Source: Octopus bimaculoides
Taxonomy: Eukaryota
Assembly: GCF_001194135.2 (NCBI RefSeq)
Contig: NC_068995.1
Span: forward strand, 6,182,241 to 6,246,240
Length of the DNA stretch: 64,000 nt
Direction: 5' to 3'
The notes beneath the pieces were generated by a model that saw only the letters and a program-made list of their open reading frames with translations, made no database searches and was not told where the DNA came from. This document shows positions 1 to 14,846 of the stretch, one piece after another (position 1 is the stretch's first letter; every line of letters begins with the position of its first letter). The position numbers and the translations under genes are program-made.

Positions 1-55
<55 letters not shown>

Positions 56-56
56 T
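1..56. repeat. (GATA)n tetranucleotide microsatellite
   Basis: Near-pure tagata/gata run from the window start; similar tracts occur near 5985, 10540, 28345, 30367, 33600, 52571 and 63390. Confidence 0.95.
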
Positions 57-525
57 TACACATCCATTTACTGTTTTACATTGAACTGTGCAATACACAA
101 GAAACTCAGTAGAAACAGAATCAATGTTTTATCGATCAGAAATTTTAATATCTACCGAACAGTACAATCAATTTTAATATCTACCTAACTGTTCAATCAA
201 TATAAACTGTGTCCCAAACATAGGAAGCATAATAATAAAATTAATTTTAATTTCCAAACATTAGTCAAACATTAACATAATGAAACAATATTCAGAATTG
301 AAGATTAATATCTGTGGTTAACGGTCAGGGAAAATGAAAATCGCTTCATTCAGAATTATATCTATATTTTATATTTTATTGAACACCATGTAACAAAAGT
401 GGAAAAAAAATCTAATTTACACTCGAGTTGTTATTGTCAAAGAAGAATTTAAAATACTAAGTTGCTGAAAATAGGTTCAGCGACATAGAAGCGTTGGTTC
501 TTTAAAAGATTTGCCGTATTTGGAG

Positions 526-585
<60 letters not shown>

Positions 586-1782
586 NNNNNNNNNNNNNNN
601 NNNNNNNNNNNNNNNNNNNNNNNNNNNNNNNNNNNNNNNNNNNNNNNNNNNNNNNNNNNNNNNNNNNNNNNNNNNNNNNNNNNNNNNNNNNNNNNNNNNN
701 NNNNNNNNNNNNNNNNNNNNNNNNNNNNNNNNNNNNNNNNNNNNNNNNNNNNNNNNNNNNNNNNNNNNNNNNNNNNNNNNNNNNNNNNNNNNNNNNNNNN
801 NNNNNNNNNNNNNNNNNNNNNNNNNNNNNNNNNNNNNNNNNNNNNNNNNNNNNNNNNNNNNNNNNNNNNNNNNNNNNNNNNNNNNNNNNNNNNNNNNNNN
901 NNNNNNNNNNNNNNNNNNNNNNNNNATACGTATATAAAACGATGTGATATATACACACGCACATGCAGATGTATGCACATATATAATTATATATTTCTTT
1001 TTATAAATGTGTTTGTGTTGATGTTGGTGCGTATTTGTTTGTCTGTGTTTATGTGTGTGTGCATGTGTGTGTGCATGTGTGTGTGCACACACCTCCTCGC
1101 CCACGCGCGAACATAACTAATATGAAGGAAAATTACATCTTAATTTATCGATATTTTGGACGGAACCGTCCAAGCGATGACAAGCAGGAAATAGAGCGAT
1201 TGAAACAACCCTCAATTTCATTTCCAACCGTGGCCTTCCATTTTACCTCAACCATATCCTAACTTTGATTCACCAAGTGAGGAGCACGTTGACCCTGTCT
1301 GTATGTCGTTGTAGCATAAATCTGTGTAATCACATCTCGAACACCAACCACCTGCTTCTCATTAGCAGGAGCGACGTTGTTCAATCACATTATTTGTGAG
1401 TTACGCTGCTTGGTTTTCAATGCTTAATAACCACACACACGTTTCATTGTTGTTGTCGTGGGTAAGGTTTCAATCCCAACTACTTTATTTTCGCCCACGT
1501 AAGATGCGAATAGAGTCCATATTTTTTAGAGGACTTTTGAGAAAGCGCAGTACGACGTTCGACCGTTTTCAAATGTGAATTGAAATAAAAGTCAGTCAGG
1601 ACGAGACTTTTATTTAATTTGAAATAAATGGTGTTTATATTGTTTCTGAGGGGGCGGAAGTAGCTTTAAATTATGATGGTTGCCATTTCGTGTAAAAGAA
1701 TACAGGAATAACTAACCTCTGCATTCTGGAAGGCTTGAAGTCTTATTTACCTTTTAATATGGATAAATTAAACGCGCGCGCG

Positions 1783-1813
<31 letters not shown>

Positions 1814-2157
1814 GCACATACATACACACACACACAGGTACACACAAGCACTCACACATACGCACATGCACACAGGCAGAGACACACAGACAGAGACACA
1901 CANNNNNNNNNNNNNNNNNNNNNNNNNNNNNNNNNNNNNNNNNNNNNNNNNNNNNNNNNNNNNNNNNNNNNNNNNNNNNNNNNNNNNNNNNNNNNNNNNN
2001 NNNNNNNNNNNNNNNNNNNNNNNNNNNNNNNNNNNNNNNNNNNNNNNNNNNNNNNNNNNNNNNNNNNNNNNNNNNNNNNNNNNNNNNNNNNNNNNNNNNN
2101 NNNNNNNNNNNNNNNNNNNNNNNNNNNNNNNNNNNNNNNNNNNNNNNNNNNNNNNNN

Positions 2158-2193
<36 letters not shown>

Positions 2194-3599
2194 CACTTAC
2201 CCAAATGTAGATTCGCAGACTTCTTCGAGCTAATGCATATCTTCATGATAGAATCAGTTGCAAGGGCGTGAATAGCTTTGAGTGTACAGAAGATGAATAA
2301 GATCTAAGAATATTGACATGACAATCCTACCATTTCTATGACCTGTGATTCTTTTGAGGCGTTCCTTTATCATTTACAGAACCAAAATTATTTTGGTGCA
2401 CGTCTAAATGCCATATTGTTGCATACAGCTCTTTCGTTTTATGTTTCCCTTGCGTGTGCGCGTACGGTGGGGGAGAATTTAGTTCGATTCTTGTATATGT
2501 GTTACGTCTGTGTATATTGCAATGAGTTTACACCCGAGTGCAATAAGCGTTCGGGTGCACAAATGAAAGGAAGGTGCGCAATTTATGCTTAGAATAGACT
2601 CTTTTTTTCCCTCTGAAGTTGATGATTCATTCATTCTTTGTCAAATTTCTGCCATTACCATATTCAGCAAATGCGATTACATACGCAGCTACACTCGTTC
2701 AAAAACACTTGCATCGACTTGCACGCATATATGCATGCCCAAACATATTATTTATATATGCACAAATGTACATAAATATACACAGGAATATATACAGAAA
2801 TATAAATACATTATTTGTTTATGCATACATATATACATACACACACACACACACATATATATATATAAATATGTACATATATGTATATATATATACATAC
2901 ATATATATATATATATATATACACATCTATATATATACTGCNNNNNNNNNNNNNNNNNNNNNNNNNNNNNNNNNNNNNNNNNNNNNNNNNNNNNNNNNNN
3001 NNNNNNNNNNNNNNNNNNNNNNNNNNNNNNNNNNNNNNNNNNNNNNNNNNNNNNNNNNNNNNNNNNNNNNNNNNNNNNNNNNNNNNNNNNNNNNNNNNNN
3101 NNNNNNNNNNNNNNNNNNNNNNNNNNNNNNNNNNNNNNNNNNNNNNNNNNNNNNNNNNNNNNNNNNNNNNNNNNNNNNNNNNNNNNNNNNNNNNNNNNNN
3201 NNNNNNNNNNNNNNNNNNNNNNNNNNNNNNNNNNNNNNNNNNNNNNNNNNNNNNNNNNNNNNNNNNNNNNNNNNNNNNNNNNNNNNNNNNNNNNNNNNNN
3301 NNNNNNNNNNNNNNNNNNNNNNNNNNNNNNNNNNNNNNNNNNNNNNNNNNNNNNNNNNNNNNNNNNNNNNNNNNNNNNNNNNNNNNNNNNNNNNNNNNNN
3401 NNNNNNNNNNNNNNNNNNNNNNNNNNNNNCTAAACATATAAAAACATCTATAAACGGTATTAGCTTTCATTAACTAACATATGTCGTTCAAATTGCTCAT
3501 GTTTCCTTCCAGAGAAAATTGTTCCCTTCTTCCTTGAAGGCATGTAATGTGCTCCAAGCCTCTAATGTATCATCATTAGTTTCCTAACGAAGAGGAGGG

Positions 3600-4270
3600 G
3601 CTTGGTATCACACAGAAGGCTCTGTTAATAAGTGCAATGTGCACGAGTAGACGAAAGCGTTTAAAGAAAATAAAACCATCATTGACAAGAGACCATTGCA
3701 TTTCGCGACTACAAACCGTGGCAAATCGTCAGCAAGTGAACGATTCAATTCTGCCCGACAGATGAGTCACAATACGTGAGCTTACTGCACAACAGGACTT
3801 CGCAGCGAGTTAGCGATTGTCACAGAGACCCAGTGAACTGTTTCACGTATGAGAAGGGCGTCATTATCCTTGATTTTCTGGAACGGAAATGTCCTTGGGA
3901 CATCGAATGGTAAGTTGAAATACTCAACATGCATAGAGAAGCCGTTAGAAGTAAGAGATAGAACTACAATCTGAAAACTATGCCCATTCACAATCACAAT
4001 GTGTCACCACATACATCTAGAAAGAAGAATGAGGCAACGTGCACATTGGGGCTGGTCACTGGTACATCGCACACCATACAGACCGGATCTGATGCCTTCC
4101 GACCTCCACACGTTTACGATTTGGGCCAACGATTTGATAAAACACGAAATGAAACTCGTTGCGAATAAGTAGGCAAGCAATTGAATATTTTCAACGAAGA
4201 TACGAGAAATGGAGTCGAAGATGATACAAATGGACCATTGTGAAAGAGGCTTTATTAGATAGTAGAGTTG
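3600..4270 (+). mobile_element. Degenerate mariner (Tc1/mariner) transposase relic
   Basis: + strand translation across frameshifts gives mariner-like motifs in the expected order. GVIILDFLER (~3856-3887) resembles GVIxxELL. HNHNVSPHTS (~3988-4017) resembles HHDNARPHTS. GWSLVHRTPYRPDLMPSDLHTF (~4050-4115) resembles GWEVLPHPPYSPDLAPSDYHLF. Stops and frameshifts are present, and no TIRs were identified. Confidence 0.75.
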
Positions 4271-4942
4271 TAGAGAGAAGTCGCTCTTTCAACACCTGTA
4301 ATCTGAACTACGTATAATAGTTATTGAAAACTATGCCCACATTTATATTGCATTCCGTGCAGCCGACGTACGTTTGTTTGTACTCGCACACACACGCGGA
4401 ATATATAGGATGTGTGTGTGCATGTGTGTGAGAATACAACTTACATATTCTCTGTCATGGTCACTTATAAATCCTTGTCGCAGAGAGTAACGCCACTGCG
4501 AGTTCTTTTATTGCTCCCAATAAATGGAAATTGAAATTTCGTAGAATATACCATTACCGAACCCAGTTCATACCGAAAGCGAAACTCGTCATCCTTAGTT
4601 CGATTTTCGTTCCCTTCACCACCCACGGACGATTGCTAATATATGTCCTTGAACATCAAGCTCATAAAATATTTTACTATATTACCAATTCTACGAGATG
4701 GTAGCTAGAAGAATTGAAAAGAAAATATTTAGAAAAAAACGAAAAAGAAATATGTTAAGTGATTTGAATATAAAAATTATTGATCAAACATCAAAGACTT
4801 AATAAATTGATACGCCATAGACATGCTGCTGCTACTGTCGCAGCTGCTGCTGATGGTGCTGCTGCTACAGTATGAACGATATTTTAATTGTCTTGATTAA
4901 AGCAGTGTGAGGTGAGCGATGTCATGTGCCAGTTATTATAAC

Positions 4943-4999
<57 letters not shown>

Positions 5000-5000
5000 T

Positions 5001-5170
5001 GGTGAGCTGGCAGGTGAAATGCTCAACGGTATTTCGTGCGTCTTTACGTTGTGTGTTCAAATGCCGCCGCGGTCGACTTTGACTTACATCTTTTCAGGGT
5101 CGGTAAATTGAGTACCAGTTATGTACTTACCCCTCCCCAAAAATTTCAGGGCTAGTGCCTATAGTATAAA
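5001..5170 (+). mobile_element. tRNA-derived SINE, type 1 (octopus-type)
   Basis: Starts ggtgagctggcag, has a B-box-like gttcaaatgcc (~5055-5065), then cggtcgactttgac...ttcagggtcggtaaattgagtaccagtt. It matches the reverse complement of the copies at 49110-49435 and 26035-26125. Confidence 0.8.
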
Positions 5171-5182
5171 CAATTATTTTTC

Positions 5183-5223
<41 letters not shown>

Positions 5224-5336
5224 GTCGTCGTCGTCGTCGTCGTCGTCGTCATTTTGGTCGATAACTGATGAATAATTGAAGTCCTTCTGTGTCAATCGTA
5301 CGTGTACGTTTAGTAGTATTTAATGCATCTTTCATT

Positions 5337-5371
<35 letters not shown>

Positions 5372-5663
5372 ATGTATATTATGCAAACATACACATACGT
5401 ACAGAGAGAGAAAGGGAGAGGCGAGAGAGAGTGAAACAGGGAGAGAAAGTGCAAAGGTTAATTGTGTGGGGACTTCTCAAATACTGTCAATCGTTTTGTT
5501 CAACTAACTCGAAGTCCCGGCCAGTATTTTCTTTATAATACATTTGACTCCACACTCAAAACTGAGAGTCAAAGCAAATAATGCGTCCGTAAATATTTCT
5601 TTCGCAATCTTAATCTCTCGTTCAAAATAATACCTCTAATTTCATATATACATATATACATAC

Positions 5664-5717
<54 letters not shown>

Positions 5718-5823
5718 NNNNNNNNNNNNNNNNNNNNNNNNNNNNNNNNNNNNNNNNNNNNNNNNNNNNNNNNNNNNNNNNNNNNNNNNNNNNNNNNNNN
5801 NNNNNNNNNNNNNNNNNNNNNNN

Positions 5824-5872
<49 letters not shown>

Positions 5873-5983
5873 GTAGGTAGGTATATATGTATATGTATAT
5901 GACACGCAGACATGTACAGTTATATAATTTCATAGAAATTCATACACACTCATATACACATATGATTACATATATACACACAT

Positions 5984-6068
<85 letters not shown>

Positions 6069-7125
6069 AAGATAGATAGATAGATAGATAGAATGACAGA
6101 CGTGTATATGTATACATGCATATAAGTTTATATTTGCGCTCACACACATCCATAGATACACACACATATATATCAACATCTATGTGAGCAAGTATTTATA
6201 TGTATGGGCAAGTGTGCTCAAAAGACGGGCGCTTACAAGAGAACATAGGTATGTGAAGAACTAGACAAAGTTATATTTCTTCATTCAATTGGTCGCTTGC
6301 AGCTAAAACTTCAAACTTCAACCTTTTGCTAAATAGCGTTTCCTGAATAGTGTTCATCAGGTAATTGTTGGCAGAAAGAAATCTGAATTCAAAGTCTCGA
6401 ATCTTTGTATTCAATGTCAAATATGTGACATTATCAGGACAGTAACAATTCTTATATATTTATATAATGTTTCCGTGATTTTTCCGTGTATTAACTTCTC
6501 TTTTTCTTCTTCCTCTTCCTCATTATATTCAATAGCTCCATATTCTATTCTTCATATGTGAGAACGTAAAAAGATCGTTATATTCAGATACATGGAAACC
6601 AAAGCTGCGATCAGATATCATCTTTATCGCTCTTTCGGTATGTGTATGTGTGTCTGTCTCTCTACACTACCACATATATTTCTAGCTCTTTATAGACTTA
6701 TTTTTCTGCCTATATTTTTATATATATACTCTTGAGTCTTGCTCTCTCTCCTTGTATATAAATGTTTATCTCCCTACATAGCGATCTACCTATCTACCTA
6801 CAGGATTATTGAAATAGTTCTTTCTTTCTCTTTGAGTATATATATGAGACTACATATCAAGAGAGATCTCTGTCAGTCTGTCTGTCTATGCCTCTCTTTG
6901 TATAGATATATGTATACACACACGCACACACACATACACACACACACGCACACACACATACACACACACACGCACACACACAACGCATATATGTTCATTA
7001 TGAAACTTCGTGCCTGCTTTCTTGTATCCACCTCATCAGTATATATTTATGTCAGCCATTTGCTTTCTAACTTCTCAAAAGATTCCATATCTCTTACTTT
7101 AAAATTCCTGCTTGCTCATTCAATG

Positions 7126-7163
<38 letters not shown>

Positions 7164-7615
7164 CATATATATACACTTCATTCTGTCAAACTTTGCGCAC
7201 AAAAACATATCTATTGATGGACATATGTGCGTAGATAGAGAAACCATATGAATGCACTTTTCTCTCATACTCTGAATACACATTTGTTCACTGTCCACAC
7301 TCTCGTGTGCACGCATATGTATATATATATATATATATATGTGTATTTATATCTATATTTATATTTATATTCATGTATTGTATATTTTAATTAATATATC
7401 TTATTAAAAGACATAAAATTAGTGCATGTACTAGTTTTTGTATATTTGTGAATCTACAAAAGTGTACGGTTGATAAAATATAAAATGACGAAATATTTAC
7501 GCAGACCAACCTATTCCACAGCAGAATAATGCATTTTAATGAATACGTGTCTGTGTCTAACTGTGTAATTATATATGTATGTACATACGTGTATCTATGT
7601 ATGTATACATGTATG

Positions 7616-7649
<34 letters not shown>

Positions 7650-8345
7650 TGTATGTATGTATAAATATATATGTACACGTATGTGTATATGTACACATAT
7701 ATATGTATATATATATATATATATACTTTGTTTAAAAGCAGCAGAAATATATAAAAAAAACTGTTACTCTGAGTTTCACGTTCCCGTTCATCGGACAGTT
7801 ACTCCGGTATATATATATCTATATATATTACTATGTATATATGCATTCATAAATATATACATACATACCTATCATCTACTACATTTTGCATACAGATATG
7901 TGTGGTGTGAGGGCGAGTATACATACGCATGTTTGTACATACCCAAAAACATACATATGTATATGTATGCATATATGTGTGTGAAATTGCGTGTGGCAAT
8001 GTGTGTGTGTGTGTGAGTGTGTGTGAGCGATTGTGCTCCATTAATATATGATTCTGAAAACATGACAGGTGTGTGTAAGTATCCGGTTACACTAAAATTT
8101 TAATTTATCTCTCAGACCACCGTCTTCACCCTCCATTAATAATTATGGAAGGACGAATATAATGAGAAAATTTCCCTCCGCGATAAAATGTCTTTATACA
8201 AATGTCTTTGGAAAAGCTATGCTTTTTCTTGGTATTTCGTTCGTTTTGTTATATATACATGTGTGTATGAGAGAGAAAGAGGGAGCGTTTGTGTGTGTGT
8301 ATGTGCCTGTGTGTGAGAGAGAGCGTGTCTGTGTGTGTGTGTGTG

Positions 8346-8463
<118 letters not shown>

Positions 8464-9502
8464 CATACATATATATACACACACGCATATGTATGTACGA
8501 ATGTATATATACATATATATATATGCATATATATATGTATATGCAAGTATATATGCGTATATCTATACAGATATACCTATCTATACACGTGCTTATGTAT
8601 GTGTGTGTGTATGTATGTGGAAATACACACATCGTTTTGTATGCATCGTATATATAAGCTCGCTCACCATCACATACTCATACCCACTATCACTTTCACA
8701 TACAGGCACACACATACAGACATACATACATACACGCATATATGTATATACAGAGAGAGAGAGAGAGAGAGAGAGACAAAGAGATGGTGATAAGAGACAC
8801 ATGCACACATTGAGGCTCTTACTTATAAGTGTGTGTTTGCTCACGTGGACCTGTGTGTGTGCTTGTGTAGTTATTATCTACATCTACATGTTCATACGTA
8901 AACGTATGTGAGTCTGCATTAAAATTAAATTCATGACACAAAAATTAAGACAGCTCTAAATTCTTCTTTTAACAAACACCTGCAAATATGTGTGTGCATG
9001 TTTCGGTGTATATGGGCCGCATTGTATGTATATATCTTATTTAATACGCGTGTGTGTGCATGCATATAGATACATACATACATAGTACTGTCTGTCTCTG
9101 TATACATATATACATAAGGCGACATTTAATAGTAAATACGCAGAAAATATGAATGACAGCTTCGAATAGAAAATTTTAATGAACTTTAAATAGATTTGTT
9201 TTAACAGTTTTTATACGTCCATACATACAAACATACATGCAGATATACACAACATATATAATATATATGTATATACATGTGTATATGAATATACATATAT
9301 ACACATATTTATTATACACACATATATATATATTATACACATATACCTAAATATATATACATATATACATATATACACATATGAATATATATCCATACAC
9401 ACACATACACATCAGAGATGAAAGCAAACAATGAGGTCCATATGTATGTTTATGTGTGTTTATGTGTAGACAGGGAAGTATAAAATTTGTTAACGTGTAT
9501 AC

Positions 9503-9561
<59 letters not shown>

Positions 9562-10366
9562 CATACACACACACATATATATATACATATGTATATATAT
9601 GTACACATACACAATGGAAATTTTATATAGACGTATATATACCTATGTGCGTGTCTGCCTGTGTGTGCGTGTGTGTATGTGTGAGTGTTTGTGTGTGTTT
9701 GTGTGCACCAATCACTTGACTACGGAGACAATTGTGCTGAATTGTAGAGAAATATATCAATTGAAAATCTTTTGACGTGCTAAGATTTTTTATTTTATTT
9801 TATTTATTTATTTATTTATTATTTTGATAAGTAATAAAGTCTGCATCGTAATAATATAGACAACTAAAGACTTGTGTAAAATAATGATAGAATATGTTAA
9901 TTGTGGTCAAAGTTGGTAAAGTTAATAGATGAAAAATGATATCATTTCATATAAGGGAGAGGCAAACACTAAGGAGAATTAATAGAACAAGCGACAGAAT
10001 TATTCACTGAGAAGAAATATGTCTCTAATCTACTTTGGGGCTATAAGGGAGCGTGTACGTGTTTGTGTGTGTGTGTGGGGGGGGGAGTTTGTACACACAC
10101 ACACACATATATACATATATGCAGAGAGAGAGAGAGAGAGGGGGAGAGAGATAGAGAGCAATGGAAAATAGATAGGGCAAAAATATTTGTATGTATATAA
10201 GAGAATTTATTTTGCATAAATGCGTATACACACATGGGGTGAATGTTAATGTGCATGTATATGTGTATTTACATATATTGTGCATGTATATGTAAATTTA
10301 CATATATTGTGCGTGTGTATTTAATTACACACATACGATAGATATATACATACACACAAACACAGG

Positions 10367-10397
<31 letters not shown>

Positions 10398-10539
10398 ATA
10401 AATATATGTATATACATGCATATACATACATACATATATATNNNNNNNNNNNNNNNNNNNNNNNNNNNNNNNNNNNNNNNNNNNNNNNNNNNNNNNNNNN
10501 NNNNNATATATATATATACATATATACATACATTCAGAC

Positions 10540-10582
<43 letters not shown>

Positions 10583-10959
10583 GAGATAGATAGATAGATA
10601 GAGAGATAGAGAGATAGATAGATAGATAGATAGATAGACAGACAGATAGATAAACAGACAAACAGTTAAATAGATAGTAAGAAAACAGCTGCATAGCCTT
10701 GCGAGACCAGCCTGAGTAATATTTTACACATTCATGATTCATATTTAAGAATAACCATCATAGTTCTGGTTCACGTACATAAGCTTAACATCGTACCACC
10801 GGCTACTCATTGTATATTTTCACATCGTCAGATATAAACGTTCTTACTTAGATAAAACTTGTATATATGCTTGTGCTTGTATGAGTGTGATCGTCCTGAC
10901 GCGTAAGAGCGTAAGACCACTTCTTAAACTCAGTAAGTCTGTGCATATATTCGGCGAGT

Positions 10960-11180
10960 CCAAGTTGTTCTTACGCAATTTGCTGGCAAAAATGAGTTGT
11001 ACCTATATTTCAAGAGGGCCAGCCTTGTCTCAACCCGTGTCACGCTCGCTCAATCTCCTACAGATCTACGTTAAGAGCACGCGTGCCTGTGGATAGCCCA
11101 GCCACTTGCAACTTAATTTCAAGAGTAGACAGTTCCGTTTGACATATCAACTGGAATGGTCGTCGTCGTAACAGACGGAG
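10960..11180 (+). mobile_element. SINE body fragment
   Basis: gctggcaaaaatgagttgtacc is shared with 40770-40785. The body ...ctacgttaagagcacgcgtgcctgtggatag...cagacggag resembles 35300-35410. Confidence 0.6.
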
Positions 11181-13244
11181 AGCTGGACCGTAAACTTTTA
11201 AAATGTGTTTCTCTTAACTTATTTTCATTTCACACGATGCGTCATTTTACACAACCGTTCTCAGACGGTGGTCATTTATTGATGTCATTTGAACCATCTC
11301 CTTCTTGTGATTGTCACTGTTCGGTTAATATATTTTAATGTATGTATGAAGGATTGCTTCACTCGAAGCACTGAATTCAATAAATGAATCCCAAGAAATT
11401 AGTTTTGCAGAAATCTTAGATGGCACGATTAAATGACAAGCAAGCGTTTAGTTATGTCCCCTTAGGTCCATGAATTTAGTTCCCGCCATATTTGACATGT
11501 TTCACTTCCTTTCGCATATTGGTTCAATACAAAGTCAGTAAATCTTTTCTCTTGAAAAATTCTTTGGTCATTTTCCAAACTGCGAAGTCGATATTTCCAA
11601 CACACAGACAGACACATTATAAGCACACACACATACACACACACGCGCACACACGCGCACACACGCACACACACACACATACATTCGTTTGTATGGGTGT
11701 ACACATCAGCATTTTCCGCTCATATGTTTGGTGTTCCTGAATTAAATCTCGTCGTTCTATTGAAGTCTTCCTTGTGAATGTTTGCGTTAGAGTATATCAT
11801 TTTCCCGCCAGCATGTCTCTCTATCTGCATGTGTATATGTATATGTGTACATGCCAATCTGTCTGTGAAAACGAACATGTATGCACATAGTTTTATATCC
11901 GTGTATACGCCTTTGCGTACCCGTCATAAGACCGTTTCTGTGTCTATGCATCAGCGTTTGTTTCTTTACATGTATACTTGCACGTATATTTGTACGTATG
12001 TAAGAATGTCTGTCTATATATTCATACATATGTACACACACGAACACACACACACATACACACACAAAAACGCACACAAATACACACACAAACACACAAT
12101 ACACACATACATACACACATGCGTTTCTGTTTTGTATAAATGTGGATGTAACTGCTTGGATTATGTTTCCATACGTGTACATGGATACGTGTATGTGTAT
12201 GTTTGCCTATATGTATATGTCTGTGTATGTGTGTGTACCTGTGTGCGTATGTGTGTGTGTACTTGAGTATGTGTGGTCACTAGCCATGTGTATGAGCGTG
12301 TATATATATATATATATACACACACACATATATATATTTATATAGACATATATGTAAGTGTATATATACACACATATATATGAATGTATATGCATGCATG
12401 TATGCATGTATGTTTGTATATATATGTTCATGAAGTATGCGTCTGAGTGTGTAGTTCAACGTATAGGCGTACACGTAAACAGTGAAATCAAAGCTACAAA
12501 GATAAATGTAAAGTCTGTAGTCAGCCATTATGAAATGGCTGCTTTAGAGAAACCATTTCCTGTTGATATATTGTAACTTTTCTCACTTCCGGTCGAGCAA
12601 TGGCAGTCATTTAGGTCTTCACAGTTCGACAACCGACGAAAGGAAAGGTCACGTGGGCTTTGTTTTTGTTTTGTTTTTATTTATATTTAAAGCATCAAAT
12701 ATCATTCGTAGCTTTACGTTTACAAGTGTCTTTGTCATTTTTGTTTGCTGACGTCAAACCATTTCCTAGCTGCGATTTAACGCAACCACACAGGCACACA
12801 CCCAGACATGTATATATGTGTATGTATATGTATGTGTGTTTGTTTGTGTGTGTGAGAGAGTGTGTGCGTGTGTGTGTGTGTGCATGTATGTATGTGTGTG
12901 TGAGTGTGTATGTGTGTGTGTGTTTGAGTATTCGGAAATTTGTACCTGAGTGTATGTGTATGTATACACACACACGCGCGCGCGCACGCACATATATATA
13001 TATANNNNNNNNNNNNNNNNNNNNNNNNNNNNNNNNNNNNNNNNNNNNNNNNNNNNNNNNNNNNNNNNNNNNNNNNNNNNNNNNNNNNNNNNNNNNNNNN
13101 NNNNNNNNNNNNNNNNNNNNNNNNNNNNNNNNNNNNNNNNNNNNNNNNNNNNNNNNNNNNNNNNNNNNNNNNNNNNNNNNNNNNNNNNNNNNNNNNNNNN
13201 NNNNNNNNNNNNNNNNNNNNNNNNNNNNNNNNNNNNNNNNNNNN

Positions 13245-13301
<57 letters not shown>

Positions 13302-13311
13302 CATATACACG

Positions 13312-13344
<33 letters not shown>

Positions 13345-13399
13345 TCACCCTCCACACACACATACATATATATAGGATGGGTGTGTGATATGGTTTGGA

Positions 13400-13930
13400 T
13401 TGTGCGGTGTGGTGATCATGGTAACAGTGAACTCTCTTTTGTTTGGTCAATGAATCTTTGGTCAATTGCTGGTGATATCAATAATAAGATACACTTGATT
13501 GTGATTGGTAGTATTAGGATCAGATAAGCAGTGTTATTTCTCAATGCAGAGAGATTGAGAGAAAAAAGGGTTACTGAGGGAAGTAGCGAGATGGAGAAGG
13601 CAGAATTGTCTAGGACGAAGATAGAATACTGAAACCTTTGAAAATACCTGAATAATGACAGTTCCACGTTAAAAAGAGGACACAACAATGTAAATAACAT
13701 AAATAAGCTGTAAAATAAATAGTAGAGATAATACATAAATGGGAAGAATCTCCTGTTATCCCTGAACCAGAAATCCAGATCATAATAGACATAGAATTAT
13801 TAATTGTTATGACTCACTCTATTCTCCTTGACACTCCTTAAAAGCACTTTCCTACACAACACAGATACTATACAATTTTTAACAAAAAAAATTGTCAAAA
13901 TCCTAAAATTTGCTCCAAATCATTCCAAGA
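13400..13930 (-). mobile_element. Highly degenerate Tc1/mariner (maT/DD37D-like) transposase relic
   Basis: Minus-strand motifs occur in catalytic-domain order and spacing: GMIWSKF*DFDNF (~13890-13927, like MLWFFSDEKNF); IMIWISGSGITGD about 40 aa later; AYLCYLHCCVLFLTW (like AYIKCLEEVVLPW); IFVLDNSA (like WQQDSAP); then TGA codons at two positions where Trp is expected. Judged by eye only. Confidence 0.5.
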
Positions 13931-14789
13931 TAAATTTCTATATTAGTAATCGTAATCAGTAAAGTAAATAAACATCTGACTTCTAAACAAAATGGAAGCA
14001 ATCCAAACATTTCTCGATCTCCGTTGACAACTAATATACCGTATATCTCAACATAGTAGCCCTTCTCAATTATGATATTGAAAAATCTTTAGCGAAGTGA
14101 CGTGTATCATATTCTATGCTGTACAGACTCCCAATATATTGATTCAGACTACTCTAGCTTTGTACTTAGACGAACTGATATATAAATCTCCTACCTTCAA
14201 ACTAAGCTTCAAATGCTGATTACACACAAGGCCCCATATTAAGTTTGTGCAACGGAATACTTGGAAATTCTCTTTTCTAATATTTTTCCTCTGCACAGAA
14301 CACCCTGGACCATTTTCAAGAAGCCTACACAGGGTTTTAAAAGTGCTCAAGTACTTTAAACCTACTAATCAATCTGGTCAATACGTTCCGCACAATTCAA
14401 CATTTTGGCTATATTGCTCCATTTCTTCCCTATTGACGAATCTTTCCTCAATTAGCACATTTTTATAAATCATTTCGCGCTCCCCTTACGGCCTATTCCT
14501 TTGTTTTTCTGCATCACTACCTTCTTACACCTTTCCCCAACTCTATTCCTCCACTCATTACTATCCTCATTATTATTATTCATCACATTCTTGTTGTTAC
14601 TATTATTATCAGACTCTAAATGTATTTGCATCTGAAATAATCATTTTATGACACTGCAGTTAGCGTTTTTGCTGTTTTTGTCATATATCTTTTTTCTTTT
14701 TATAAATTCCTTCTGTTACGTCATCATTAAAAACCATATCTTCTACACACATAGACACACACACAACAAACACATATATAAGTATGGTT

Positions 14790-14846
<57 letters not shown>

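Noticed and set aside
3782-3997. Minus-strand ORF as a host-gene exon
   Set aside because: Better explained as the antisense of a mariner transposase relic on the + strand.
6335-6365. Minus-strand CTGATGA...GAAAC as a hammerhead ribozyme
   Set aside because: No stem II pairing, and no NUH triplet or stem I follows.
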